A DNA stretch of 64,000 nucleotides from Octopus vulgaris (Eukaryota): NCBI GenBank assembly GCA_951406725.2, contig OX597834.1, positions 20,770,001-20,834,000 on the forward strand, given 5' to 3'. This document shows, piece after piece, positions 23,500-37,677 of the stretch. Made by a program: the position numbers and the translations under genes. The notes beneath the pieces are model-generated. The model worked only from the letters and a program-made list of their open reading frames with translations, did not search any database and was not told where the DNA came from. How positions within the stretch are numbered: the stretch's first letter is position 1; each line of letters begins with the position of its first letter.

Positions 23500-23835
23500 A
23501 TGGGTACAGGATATCACCAACGGTACAAATAACATGGAATATATATAAACAAATGAGTTAAATACGTGAGCAATGAGAGAAAAAACATGGAAAACAGGAC
23601 AAGTAAACCCAGAGAAAGGACCCTTCATTTGTTGGCTTTCTATCTACTCCTCATTTTGAGCATTCAACGACAATATGAGTCTTCAAAGACTGTTGCTCCC
23701 ATAAATTCTAAAATAAAATTTTGTATTTATGGAGGGTCAAAGTTGGGAGCAAAAACAGGAAAATGGAGACGTACAAGGAAACCAAACGAAAACAAACATG
23801 GAGGGTCGTTAGACCAGAACGAGAGGAAAATAGTG
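23500..23835. mobile_element. (TA)n-embedded repeat related to 45955-46190
   Basis: Shared gtacaggat/ac start, aaaacatggaaaaca, cccttcat and tatctactcc blocks in the same order. Confidence 0.5.
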
Positions 23836-23909
23836 AACACACATACACACACACGCACATACACACATTTGTGTGAGTTTCTTATATATCTAAATGTGTG
23901 TACATATAG

Positions 23910-23951
<42 letters not shown>

Positions 23952-24060
23952 TTGTCATCAGCAACAACATTACAAATTACATAAAATTGTTTCGATTCTT
24001 ACCCATAATATAATTATAAAAACCCATTGTTTGCAGGTAAGAACCTCTTCAGTGTAATAC

Positions 24061-24091
<31 letters not shown>

Positions 24092-25071
24092 GGAAGAGTT
24101 TACGAAAAAACAAAAGACGAAGACAGGTGTTGTACAAAACAAACAGATGTATTAGTATAATGCTCAGGAATAGAAAAAGTCTTTTACGTTTCGAGCCTAC
24201 GCTCTTCTACAGAAAGGGACACAGAAAAAACAAGGAGAAAAAAAAATGTGTGTAGTGGCTAACAATCTATCATATATATATATATATATACATGTATATA
24301 TGTGTGTGTGTGTATATGTATATATATATATATACACACACACACATACTCAATTATGTATATATGTATGTGCATGTCTTTAAGTTTGTCCTCATCAGTA
24401 CTTGACAACAGGTGTTAGTTTGTTTAGATTCTCATAACTTAGCAGATCAGATAATGAGAATGATAGAATAAGTACCAAACATTAAAAAAAAAAAATGACA
24501 ATGGAGTCAGTTTGGTCAACGAAATTCTTCAAAGCAGTGCTCCAGCATGGCAGCAGTAACTGAAACAAGCACAAACAAATAAATCAAAGAATAAAAGAAA
24601 AAATATGAAAATAATTACTACAAATAAAATACTACAAAATATAAACAAATAAAGAAAATTAAGCCTAAATGACAGAATTATAAGAATTTCTCATCGTCTT
24701 CATTCCAGGCTGATAGGAATTGTCTCCTTTATATTAAATTCCAGTCTGGCTGCCCAATCCAGTTCTGGTCGTCAGCCTAATGAGCCTTTGGTAGTTACTG
24801 ATTGTAGCTAACTGCTTTAACTAAATCGAATCATGTGTTGCTATTAAATTCCCTTTATTTCGATTAAGTTAATTTCTTGAACACAATGAAATGGAATAAC
24901 CAATTTCTGACTCTCTGCTGATCAGCTGAATGGAAGGAAAAAATCAATTATTTCCAAAGACTCCAAACAATTCTGTAGAAATACTGAAGAATCTCTTGAT
25001 ACTTTGACTTTGCATGGTTTTATAAAAACGACTCTGAGAGTGAGTGGAAATAGATGCATATGTATACTTTT

Positions 25072-25728
25072 TCGTTCTTTTACTTGTTTCAGTCATTGGA
25101 CTGTGGCCATGCTGGAACACCACCTTAGTGGGGGTTTTTTGGGTGAAGAAAATGACCCCAGGACTCATTCTTTTCTAAGCATAGTACTTATTCTTATTTC
25201 TTTATTACCCACAAGGGGCTAAACATAGAGGGGACAAACAAGGACAGACAAAGGAATTGAGTCAATTACATCAACCCCCGTGCATAACTGGTACTTATTT
25301 AATTGACCCCATGAGGATGAGAGGTAAAGTCGACCTCAGCGGAATTTGAACTCAGAACATAACGGCAGAGGAAATACCACTAAGCATTTCACCCAGCGTG
25401 CTAACGTTTCTGCCAGCTCACTGCCTTAATAAGCTTAGTACTTATTCTATTGGTCTCTTTGCTGAACTGCTAAGTTACAGGGACATAAACACACCAGCAT
25501 CAGTCGCCAAGCAATGATAGCAGGACAGCATCGGTTGTCAAGCGATATTGGGGGGACAAATATATATACATATATACGATGGACTTCTTTCAGTTTCCGT
25601 CTACCAAATCCACTCACAATGCTTTGGTCGGCCCAAGACTATAGTAGAAGACACTTGCCCAATGTGCCAGGCAGTGGGACTGAACCCAGAGCCATGTGGT
25701 TGGTAAGCAAGCTACTTACCACACAGCT
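25072..25728 (-). mobile_element. SINE family A with a nested SINE family B (about 25192-25427, minus)
   Basis: Family A tail, then a complete family B, then family A resumes; taagc.tagtacttattct occurs on both sides of the insert. Confidence 0.8.
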
Positions 25729-26058
25729 CTTGTCGTAACATACTACAGCACATATGCTGACCCATACATACATAAAAAAATCACATGATCAAGTGATTAA
25801 TGATCCGAATCTATAGATTCTGTGACATCAATACTAATAAAAGTATGCCTGGATTTATTTTTCTCACCTGTCAGCACACCTGTGAGCATTTTTCACTCTC
25901 ACCTGCTAAGCATGAGTATCTTTTTACACTTTCACTTGGTTCAAATACGAGTAGACCAGGGAGCGGTTTTTTTATCTTGTGGATGTCTCATCTCTCGGAT
26001 ATTGATACAGCTGAGTATCAGAGTGATATGGTTATTTCATATATATATATATACATAC

Positions 26059-26117
<59 letters not shown>

Positions 26118-26969
26118 TATATGTCCATTCGCCTTGTTGGTAAAGATACATAACATACTAAACATATGCATCTGTAATGCCAGATAATTGATTTGAGTAT
26201 AATGTTACATTGAGTGTATCTGTGTGGTAAGAAGCTTGCTTCCCAACCACATGAGTGGCACCTTGCGCAAGTGTTCTTTTACTATAGTTTCAGGCTAACC
26301 AAAGCCTTGTGGGTGGATGGATTTGGTTGATGGAAACTGAAAGAAGTCTGTCATATATACAGCCTGTCATGTGTGTATATATATATATGTGTGTGTGTGT
26401 TTGTCTGTCAGTGTTTCTCTCCCAGCATCACTTGACAACTGATGATGGTTTGTTTACGTCCCTGTAACATAGTGGTTCAGCAAAATAGGCCGATAGAATA
26501 AGTACTAGGCTTACAAAAAATAAGTTATGCAGTCGATTTACTCGACTAAAAGTGGTGCTCCAGTATGGTCACAGTGAAATGACTGAAACACATAAAATAA
26601 TAAAAGAATAAAAAAAAGAATGTGTGTGTGTGTATGTATATATTTGTGTGTCTGTGTTCATTCCCCCAGCATCACTTAATAACTGATGTTGGTGTGTTTA
26701 CATCCTTGTCACTTAGTTGTTTGGCAAAAGAATAAGTCCTGGGGCTGATTTGTTTGATTGAAAGCAGTGCTCCAGCATGGCCACAGTAAAATGACTGAAA
26801 CAAATAAAAGATATATATATATATATTATTAGTTAATAAATCGAATGGTATAAAGCTGGTAGTTTACTGGTAAAGACACAGCTCCACTGATAGATGCACC
26901 TAAACCAGATGTTTAGTATCCTATTCATGAGGAATCGATGCTAGATAGATCGAAACAATTGTAGTGGTC

Positions 26970-27105
26970 AATAAACCCAGATTCGAAATTTCCCCAAGTC
27001 ACCTGATGAAGGCTGGAAGGTATATCAGCCAAAACGTTGTGTTAACAACAGGCAAGATGAGGACATATATCTGTTGAATGTAAATAATGTAAATAATGTA
27101 ATAAA
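26970..27105 (+). mobile_element. Penelope-like short element with mutated hammerhead motif, same family as 7777-7970
   Basis: GTCAC-CTGATGA-A-GGCTG-gaaggtatat-CAGCC-aAAAC-GTT-GTGTT, followed by caagatgaggacatatatctgttgaatgtaaataatgt. Confidence 0.65.
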
Positions 27106-28988
27106 CATTCTTGTTTCTTTCCATTTTCCATCTCTCTCATTAATCAAATGTGTGTGTGTGTGTGTGTGTACAGAGTATATGTCTATTTTGGCAGGGTTTC
27201 GACAGCTGGATACCCTTCCCTGCACCAACCCCATAACAATTTCCATTCACTAAATTCTCTCACAAAGGATTGGTCAGTTCCTGTCTAAAGTACAAAGAAG
27301 CTTGGCCACGGTTCCACACTGTGGAACTGAACCCAAAATGGCTTTAGAATCTTTAGAATCACCCAGCCAAACTTGTACCTATTTCATGACTGAACTCATC
27401 ACATGTTTTGTGTTGAGACCAAACTATAATTCACACATCAAACTTAAACTTAATTACAAAAATCCTATTTATATTTTAGATATTGCTATCATTATTATTT
27501 TTATTATTTTTCTCTATTTGCTTTGCTTTTAGTCTTAAATTTTTCCTTAGATTTATTTTCATAATTCCTACCAAAATTCTAACTAATTTAAATGTGCATG
27601 TGTAGAAACAGAAATGATTAATTTCAAAAATTGAACATGCAATTCAGTGGTTTCTTTCTTGTTGTTGGTTTTGTTAGATTTTATTATTATTTAAAAAAAT
27701 GTTTTTTTTCAATATTTTAATAATGTTTTCTTTTTCACACTAAAATTAGCACTGAATTTTTAAACTTGCATTTTAATTGAAATTGAATTATTTGTTAATT
27801 AAGCAGTACAGTTGATAAGATATATCATACTTGTAAAACATTTTAATATTGTTTACATTAAAATCATAACTGTTAATTTATCTCCTCTCTCTCTCTCTAT
27901 CTCTCTCTCACTCTCACTTATTTGTCTTTATCTCTCTACCCACCCCATCCATCCATCCCTCCATGTGTTTGCCTCCCCCATCTCTCTCTCTCTCTCTCTC
28001 TCTTTCTCTTCCTATCCAACAATTTGTCTGAAGTAACTTTTGTTTTTGAACAGCAGTGTTTCAATATGTATGTGAGAGGTTTAGTGGCTACGGCATTAGA
28101 CTCATGATTGTAAGATTGTGGTTTCAATTCCCAGACTGGCTGACCAAAGCATTGTGAGTGGATCTGGTAGATGGAAACTGAAAGAATCTTGTTGTTTATA
28201 TATATATATTTGTGCATGTCTGTTTGTCCCCCACCATCGCTTAACAACAGATGTTGGTGTGTTTACATCCCCGTGACTTAGAGATTCAGCCAAATAGACT
28301 GATAGAATAGGTACTAGGCTTACAAAGAATAAGTTCTGGTCTTGATTTATCCGACTAAAGGTGGTGCTCCAGCATGGCCACAGTCAAATGACTGAAAGAA
28401 ATAAAACAATAAAACAATAAAAAAATATCAGGAGAGAGAGGGGGAGGGAGAAAGAGAGGGGTAGAGAGAGGGAAGAAGAGAGAGAGGAGAGAGAGGGGGG
28501 AGAGAGAGAGAGAGAGAAAGAGCCAATCAACAATGTCACAAGACTCATACCCTTTCTCTCTCTTTTCTCTCTGCCCTCTCTTACATTCTTATTCATCTTT
28601 TCACTCACTCTCTCTATTCATCTAACCCTCTCTTCCTTTCTCAGACATTTTAACAATCGCATCCCCACCCACTAACCCAGCAGCCATATAAACATTATAA
28701 AGTTTCTTAAAAATATATTTTCCATAACAATAATAATAAAGGAGTCGATTATTTATTGATGTTGTTGCTGTTGCTGTTGTTTTCTGTTTTGGGGTGGAGG
28801 TGGGGAGGGCGAAGATAGAATTGTTTGTTTTGCCGATAGTGGAATCTTTCAAGTTTTTTTCTCATTATTTTCTCTTGGAATTCCTCTAATATGACCATTG
28901 ACATCAGATTGGTTTAGCTTCTGAATCACCCATTTATTGGAACTTTGCTATTTCAGATATACATACATACATACATATATATATATAA

Positions 28989-29060
<72 letters not shown>

Positions 29061-29065
29061 GTATA

Positions 29066-29118
<53 letters not shown>

Positions 29119-29391
29119 CTATCTATATATATGTGTGTGTGTATATATATATATTTCACATAACTATTTTGTGTGTCTATGATTTTTTCTTTCTTTTTGA
29201 AAATTGCTTACACACTGATGAATATAATAAGAGGAAAAAAATAATACGACAGAGATAATAATTATCATTATTGTTGTTGTTGTTACAATTATAAACTGGA
29301 AATAAATTCCTGAACATATTTGTCAACTAAAGAATTTATCTCAAATGTTTTCTAAGAGAAAAAGCTTTGAGATAAAAAAAAAAAACAATGT

Positions 29392-29426
<35 letters not shown>

Positions 29427-30547
29427 AAAATTCACTTGATGCAATGACCGAATTACCCTGCTCCTCAATTCATATGCAAGTGGCTGTGTACTCCACAGTC
29501 ACATGTGTGGCCTTAGTGAAATTCTCCAGTATAATCAGCATGGTACAATGCGTGACAAGGTACAATCCACCAGATGGGTTTCTCCAAAGTTTTCGCTGAC
29601 CCCAACTTCACTCCCCATGTAGGAGTCACTCTGGGGTTATAGAAAATGACACTTGCCCAATGATGCCATGTGGGATTGAACACAAGCCCTTGTGTGTATA
29701 AGTTTGTGTGCCTGGGTTTGTGCCTCTACCATTGCTTGACAACCGATGTTGGTGTGTTTACGTCCCCATAACTTAGCGGTTCGGCAAAAAAAAATTGATA
29801 GAACAAGTACTAGGGTTACAAAGAATATGTCCTGGCATTGATTTATTTGACCAAAGGTGGTGCTCCAGCATGGCCATAGTCAAATGACTGAAACAAATAA
29901 AGAATGAAAGATATATATATATATATATATATATCACGTGACCGACCACACCATCAGATGTTGTTACACTGGGAATTGAAACCGCGATCCTACGACTGCG
30001 AGTCCGTGGCCCTAACTACTGGGCCATTGCGCCTCCACACACACACACACATATATATATATACTCATCTACAATTCTTGCAAGAAAGTTACATTGACAT
30101 ATTGGTTTGACCCCACACATACTCCCCTTAACCACTTCACATTCCACTGCATCTCTTATGTAACCACTGGTTACATAAGTAGAAAGATGGTTGAGTCACA
30201 ACATCCACCACCACCACCTCCATCAATCTTGAACCCCTTCCTCTTTCTCCTTGTCTGACTTAATGTCTAGTCTTTCTATGTGTATCATTAATTTATTCAT
30301 TGGAGTCGTCGAAGCATTCAGAAGCACATTGTAGAAAGATAAATAAATATATGAATTGTAATAAGGGGTTTTATTTTTCTTTCCCCCATTTGTCGCAAGG
30401 GCCCAATATAGTAATTAATAATAATAGCAAAAAGCATGCAATGATAATAGACATCTCAAATAATAATAACAGTGATGCTAATACTCTTGCCCAAGGGTGC
30501 TGGATGTGTCTCAGAAACTGATTGCAACAAACATGCAGAGTGAACGT

Positions 30548-30549
30548 AA

Positions 30550-30592
<43 letters not shown>

Positions 30593-30732
30593 TAATAATG
30601 ATAATAATAATGATAATAATAATGATAATGATAATAATAATGATAATGATAATAATAATAATAATGATGATAATAATGATAATAATAATAATAATAATAA
30701 TAATGATGATGATAATAATAATAATAATGATG

Positions 30733-30763
<31 letters not shown>

Positions 30764-30828
30764 TGATAATAATAATAATAATAATAATAATAGTAATAAT
30801 GATAATAATAATAATGATAATAATAATG

Positions 30829-30859
<31 letters not shown>

Positions 30860-30997
30860 TAGTAATAATGATAATAATAATAATGATAATAATAATGATA
30901 ATAATAATGATAATAATAATAATAATAATAATGATAATAATAATGATAATAATAATGATAATAATAATAATAATAATGATAATAATAATAATAATAA
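30548..30997. repeat. About 450-bp (AAT/GAT)n trinucleotide tract
   Basis: Direct reading. Confidence 0.95.
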
Positions 30998-31240
30998 ATA
31001 GTAGGTGCATTAGGCATGATAAAAAATATTCAGACAAATACATAACAAAAACACCAGGACTTACAAACACATATAACATACAGAAAATTGCACTACTAGG
31101 CACTGCACACATCCTACGCAGAACACTTTCCATACAATAACGATCAGAGCATCACAACAAATCACAGCACATACCCAAGGCACACAGAGCTGCGCTCGGT
31201 AGTGAAGTGAAAGCACGCTATAAAAATAAAACTACTGAAT
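30998..31240 (+). mobile_element. R4/Dong-type 3' end between (TAA)n tracts
   Basis: IVGALGMI/KKYSDKYITKTPGLTNTYNIQKIALLGTAHILRRTLSIQ* plus short 3' UTR. Confidence 0.85.
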
Positions 31241-31259
31241 AATAATAATAATAATAATG

Positions 31260-31291
<32 letters not shown>

Positions 31292-31657
31292 AATAATAAT
31301 GATAATAATAATAATAATAATAATGATAATAATAATAATAATGATAATAATAATAATAATCCTTTCTTCTAAAGGCACAAGGCCTGAAATTTGGTGGGAG
31401 GAGACCTGTCGATTACATCGACCCCTAGTGTTTCACTGGTAATTAATTCATCGACCCTGAAGGGATGAAAGGCAAAGTCAACCTTGGCAGAATCTGAATC
31501 AATAATAATGATGATGATAATCCTTTCTACTAAAGGCGCGAGGCCTGAAATGTTGGGAAGGGTTGAGGTCGATTAAGCGACAGGTAAAATATGGCTAAGC
31601 ATTTCGTTCAGCATGTTAAGGATACTGCCAGCTTTTCACCGTAACAATAATAATAGT

Positions 31658-31990
31658 CATCATCATCATCATCATCATTTAACGTCTGTTGTTCATGCTG
31701 CCATGGGTTGGACTGTTTGACTAGGCCAGCATGCTTAAAGGCTGTGCCAGACTCCACTCTGATTTGGCATCGTTTTCTATTCCTGGATGCCCTTCCTAAC
31801 GCCAACCTCTCCAAGAGTGTAATGGATGCTTTCATGTGTCACCAGCATAGGTGCCATTTGTGTGACACCGGTATCTGCCACGAGTGCAATTTTGATCGGC
31901 TTGATGGGTCTTCTTCTCAAGCGTGGCAAAATGCCAAAGGTTTTGCTCATTGCCTCTGTGAGGCCCAACACTAGAAAGGAACTCGGCCAC
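31658..31990 (-). mobile_element. Retroposon family E variant
   Basis: catcatttaacgtctg...ctggatgcccttcctaacgccaacc. Confidence 0.7.
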
Positions 31991-32014
31991 TTTACCTGAT
32001 TTCAAATTTTTTCA

Positions 32015-32372
32015 ACCAACCACATGGTTCCGGGTTCAGTCCCACAGTGTGGCATCTTGGGCAAGTGTCTTCTGCTATAGCCCCGGGCCGACCAATGCCT
32101 TGTGAGTGGATTTGGTAGACGGAAACTGAAAGAAGCTTGTCGTATATATGTATATATATATATGTGTGTGTGTGTGTTTGTCCCCCTAGCATTGCTTGAC
32201 AACCGATGCTGGTGTGTTTACATCCCCGTCACTTAGCGGTTCAGCAAAAGAGACCGATAGAATAAGTACTGGACTTACAAAGAATAAGTCCCGGGGTTGA
32301 GTTGCACGACTAAAGGTGGTGCTCCAGCATGGCTGCAGCCAAATGACGGAAACAAGTAAAAGAGTAAAAGTG
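32015..32372 (+). mobile_element. SINE family A, slightly 5'-truncated
   Basis: Colinear with 13360-13770. Confidence 0.85.
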
Positions 32373-32814
32373 TAAGGGTAGCTTGGTGGAGGGGATTAAG
32401 TGGATTACATCAACCCCAGTACTCAAATGGCACTTATCTTATCAACCCTGAAAGGATGGCAGGCAAAGTCATCCTTGGTGGAATTTGAACTCAAAACGTC
32501 CAGATGAACTAAGCCGCTAAGCATTTTGCTCAGCGTAATAACAGTTCTACCAGCTTTCCGCCTTAATAATCATAATAATAATAATAACAATGATAATGAT
32601 AATGGTTTCAGATTTTAACAAAAGGCCATCAATTTCAGGGTAGTAGATAGGTTGATTAGACTGACCCCAGTGTCCAACTGGTATTTTATAGACTGCAAAA
32701 TGATGAAAGGCAAGGTCCACCTCGGCAGAATTGAAACTCTGAGCATAAAGAAAGACAAAATACTCCTAAGTCTTTTGCCTGGCATGCTAATGATTCTGCC
32801 AGCTCACTGCTTCA

Positions 32815-32871
<57 letters not shown>

Positions 32872-32927
32872 ATGTATGTAAATGTATGTATGTATGTATA
32901 TATATGTATGTATGTAATGTATGTATG

Positions 32928-32960
<33 letters not shown>

Positions 32961-32965
32961 GTATG

Positions 32966-32996
<31 letters not shown>

Positions 32997-33005
32997 GTGT
33001 GTATG

Positions 33006-33040
<35 letters not shown>

Positions 33041-33524
33041 CAGACAAGAAGCAACCACTTTCACATGTCTAATCAGTCTCCCGTTGCCCTGCATAAGCAG
33101 ACAAAGGAAGAGAGGAAGAAAAGAAGGAAAGCAATTCTCTTTTGGGGTCTTTTCCCCCCTGCTTCTCTCTCCCCACCTCCGCATCCGCCGCCACCTCCAC
33201 CTCCACCCCCCTCTTCTCAATAGATGTGTAATATATCTGTTGTAGACATTCTCGTCGGAAAGATAAAATAATTTTGATGGTAATGTCTCAATGCATTTCA
33301 ATGGTATTGCTTCACTTTCAGGAATAATGAACAATTAGAGCTCGTTATTAAATGTAATGCCTATTTATATATGTGTATACATGCATACATACAAGTATAT
33401 ATATATATATATGTGTGTGGGTGGGTGTGTGTGCATGTGTGTATAATAATATAAATATGCATGTATGTGTATATATGTGTGTGTGTGTCTATGTGCATAT
33501 CTTTCAATATAAATGTAATTGCAT

Positions 33525-33562
<38 letters not shown>

Positions 33563-33666
33563 CATGCACACATATGCATTCATATATACATATATGCACA
33601 TAGACAGACATACACATATATAAACACACATACACACCCATACATGTGTATATGTATGAGTGTGTA

Positions 33667-33697
<31 letters not shown>

Positions 33698-33750
33698 GAA
33701 TATGATGACATATACACACAAGCATACATAAATACACACTCACACTGAAC

Positions 33751-33793
<43 letters not shown>

Positions 33794-34107
33794 GTCTGTG
33801 GGACAGAAATGTGTATGGTACTATGGAATTCTCCAAGAGCATACTCAGGGTGACAGATGCATATATATAAACAAGCCCATGAAGAATTTTTTATGACTGT
33901 GATAATAACATGGCAACTGGGTTGGCTGGAGATGCAAACCCATAATAATAAATATTATTATATGTAAAGTAGTTAAATAAATTCCAAAAAACAAACCTCT
34001 AAATTGCTTGGAAAAGAGTAATTTATTTCGTAATCATTGCAAAAGCTATGGAACATAATTCTGTTTAAAATAACCAACATTCTCCTTTATTATTATTATC
34101 ATCATCA

Positions 34108-34150
<43 letters not shown>

Positions 34151-34849
34151 CATTATTATTATTATTATCATTATCATTATTATCATTATCATTATTATTA
34201 TTATTATTTTTGTGCTGACTTAAGTTCTGGTTTTTTTACTTATTTTTGTCAATATTTGATTAGCCGTTGGTTTTCTATAATTTTTTTTGAAATAGTATTT
34301 GTAATTTTTTTTTTAGCGTGTGCGTGTATATCAATGTTCATTTATCTATGTGTGTATATGTATATGTAGATATGTGTATGTATGTAGATATGCAAATTTA
34401 TCTGTGTGTGTGTGTGTGAGTGTGTGTCGTGTGTGTGTGTGTCGTTGTTTGTGTGTCATTGTGTGTGTGTTTGTGTCTGTGTGTGTCGTTGTGTGTGCAG
34501 GTAACTATTTTTTTTTTCAGATTTATTATTTTTTTTTTGTATGTATTTTCTTCTCCGAACCTAAGATAACAAAAACTTGCAAAAGATAGAAATAAAAAAA
34601 AAGTAAAAACAACAAGAATTTGGCAAGTTCCTAAAGTCTGACAAGTAGTGTATTCGGAAAAATTGGCAAGACGTTGCCAAGCAAGACAGATTGGGGGAGG
34701 GTAGGGGACAGGTGGTGCTGTGGCGATGGTAGCGGTTGAACTGGAAAACAAACATCTCAACATTTTTGGAACTCTGTTCCAGAACGACGTAGAGAATGTG
34801 GGGGTAGGGTGGGGGAATTAAAGAGAAAAGACATGAATGTCTTAACTTT

Positions 34850-34890
<41 letters not shown>

Positions 34891-35268
34891 TGATGATGAT
34901 AATGAAAATAAAATGAAAATAAGTTAGCAAAAAGGTAAAAAAGAAACCTACTTGATGTGAAATAAAGTTTGAGATGACATAAGATTAAGAATAAAAGCAA
35001 CATTTTAGTTTATTTAAAGAACCTAAGCCTTTTACACACACACACACATATTAGGAGATAGAGAGATGTAAATATATACAGATACATAAATGGATGGATA
35101 GATAGATAGATATGTACACATGCATGCATTCATACAGATAACCACACACATATGTATATACATAGACACCTGTGTTTCCTAATATCTAGCTCTCTTCAGT
35201 GCAATATTGATTTCTGATGTTGGCACAAAACAACAAATTTTTGATGGGAGAATTATTAAGTGTGTGTC

Positions 35269-35311
<43 letters not shown>

Positions 35312-35473
35312 GTGGGGATCAATTTAATTGAATTAACCCCCAATAGATGTGTGCCTGTATGAACCTGTGAATGTGTATGATATAATGTCGGATGAGTTAG
35401 AATTCATTTTTCCATGTTAGTATGACTTGGACAGGAATTGATACTGAATCTTTTATAGCTTCCTGCTCTTCTG

Positions 35474-35972
35474 GCCTCTTCTCCTTATCTCCTCAAGGAC
35501 ATACATCATCTTGAAACAGTCCAGAAGCTGGCTACCCGCATGGTTCTTGGTCTCAAGCATTTGTCTTATGAAGAAAGGCTGAAGACGCTCGACCTTTATT
35601 CTCTAGAAAAACGACGACACCATGCTGATCTCATTCTCGCTCACAACATCATAAGCGGAAAGTGTAACCTCTCGAAAGAGCTGTTCTTCACTCCTGCTCC
35701 AGAGCGTTGGCTGCGGGGTCACTCCAAAAAGCTCTATCTGCTACGATTTCATCTCAATCGAAGGAGAGGGGCTTTCTCTGTCCGGGTTGTAGATCCGTGG
35801 AATAAGCTGCCGGACGAGATAGTGAAGATGCCGACAACCGCTCGGTTCAGAGTCTCTCTTGACCAGAAATGGCCTGAACTCTTTGCATGAACATCCTCCC
35901 TGTACATAACTCCATGTCCCCCTACATGGCCTTGCTTTTTGCTTTTTGAGCCAAAAAATTAACTTAATTAAC
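35474..35972 (+). mobile_element. CR1-clade LINE ORF2 C-terminus and 3' UTR, 5'-truncated
   Basis: SPYLLKDIHHLETVQKLATRMVLGLKHLSYEERLKTLDLYSLEKRR..LRGHSKKL..FSVRVVDPWNKLP is the typical CR1 post-RT region; second copy at 56671-56979 (-). Confidence 0.9.
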
Positions 35973-36164
35973 ATCATCAAAATCGCTGAGTGACCAGTTG
36001 TATTAATGGTCACAGGCAATATAAACATCACTGCTGTTTCATGCAAACAAAACCTGTCAAATGCTGAAGTCTATAGTATCAACGAGCTCCTCTCGTCAAT
36101 ATCACTGACTTTATTCCTTCATTAGAAACCCTTATTATCATTATTTTCCTCATTATTATTAATC

Positions 36165-36675
36165 TGGCAGAAGAGCTAGCATTGCCAGGCAAAATCCTTA
36201 CCAACATTTCATTTGTGTTTACATTCTGAGTTCAAATTCCACTCAGGTCAACTTTATCTTTTGTCTTTCCGGGGTCGATAAAATAAGTACCATTTGAGTA
36301 CTGGGGTTGATGTAATCAACTAGCCCCCTCTCCCAAAACTGCTGGCCTTGTGCCAAAATTTGAAACCATTGTTATCATGGCAGAATTTTTAGTATACCGG
36401 ACAGAATGCTGAGTGGAATTTCATTCGGATTTTCACGTTCTGAGTTCAAAGTTTGCCAAGGTCAACTTTGATTTTCATCCTTTTTTGGAGTCCAGCAATT
36501 AAGTATGAAATGTTAGTGGTATTTCACCCATCACTACATTCTGAGTTCAAATTCTGCCAAGGTTGACTTTGACTTTCATCCTTTTGGGGGCGATAAATTG
36601 AGTACCGGGGTCAATGTAATCAACTAGTCCCCTCCCCCAAAACTTCAGGCTTTGTGCCTATAATAGAAAGGATTA
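36165..36675 (+). mobile_element. Tandem SINE family B copies/fragments
   Basis: ttctgagttcaaa at about 36223, 36438 and 36539. Confidence 0.75.
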
Positions 36676-36872
36676 TTATTATTATTATTATTATCATTAT
36701 TCTTTTTCCTTCTTTCTTCAAATTTTCTTCCATTTCTCGCTGAGTGTTTTCCGTACACCCAGGGCAGAGAAGTTCATTGTAGACATTCCCAGATTACACA
36801 CGGAAATTCACAAGTAAAATATGTATTTTAAAAAATTAATAAATAAATATTATTTATCATCATCATTATTAC

Positions 36873-36917
<45 letters not shown>

Positions 36918-37298
36918 TATTATTATCATCATCATCATCATAAAGGTAGTGAGTTGACAGAATCGTTAGCATGCTGAGCGACATTGCCTCATCAGTGAAA
37001 CGGTTATTTTCAGACTCGCAGAAAAAGAGAGATACAAGTGAACCCCAAGAAAGCATAAAAGAATGAAAATTGGTTGCTGTTGGAAAGTAGAAATGTCTTT
37101 TAGTAATTTTTTCTAGAGAATAACTGTTGATAAAAATCATTCTTAAATTTATATATTTTCTCTAATGAAATTGTTTTTCTTTCTTTTTGCAGGTAATGAA
37201 TACTTTTTTTGTTTTTGTTATAAAAAAAAATCAAACAAAACACAAACAGAATAACGAAAGGTAATTAGTATTTTATATTTTTATATATATGTTTCTGT

Positions 37299-37677
37299 GG
37301 AGGCGCAATGGCCCAGTGGTTAGGGCAGCGCACTCGCTGTCATAGGATCGCGGTTTCGATTCCCAGACAGGGAATTGTGAGTGTTTATTGAGTGAAAACA
37401 CCTAAAGCTCCACGAGGCTCCAGCAGGGGATGGTGGTGATCCCTGCTGTACTCTTTCACCACAACTTTCTTTCACTCTTACTTCCTGTTTCTGTTGTACC
37501 TGTATTTCAAAGGGCCGGCCTTATCACTCTCTGTGTCACACTGAATCTCCCCGAGAACTACGTTAAGGGTACACATGTCTGTGGAGTGCTCAGCTACTTA
37601 CATGTTAATTTCACGAGCAGGCTGTTCCGTTGATACGGATCAACCGGAACCCTCGTCGTCGTAACCGACGGAGTGCT
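37299..37677 (+). mobile_element. SINE family C, full length (tRNA-like head)
   Basis: ggaggcgcaatggcccagtggttagggcagcg..ggtttcgattccc (A and B boxes); related heads at 22660(+), about 28075(+) and 29970-30036(-). Confidence 0.8.

Noticed and set aside
30456-31140. Poly-Asn/Ile/Tyr ORFs
   Set aside because: (AAT/GAT)n tract; only the last ~45 codons are real and belong to a Dong/R4 fragment
34491-34525. CAG|GTAACT followed by tttttttcAG
   Set aside because: Only 20 nt apart, too short for an intron, and the upstream sequence is a TG microsatellite
35540-35890. 116-aa ORF as a host gene
   Set aside because: It is the C-terminus of CR1 ORF2, with a second decayed copy in the window
37299-37370. 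tRNA gene (also heads at 6021, 13360, 59881)
   Set aside because: A/B boxes are present, but each continues into a multi-copy SINE body and lacks a clean cloverleaf
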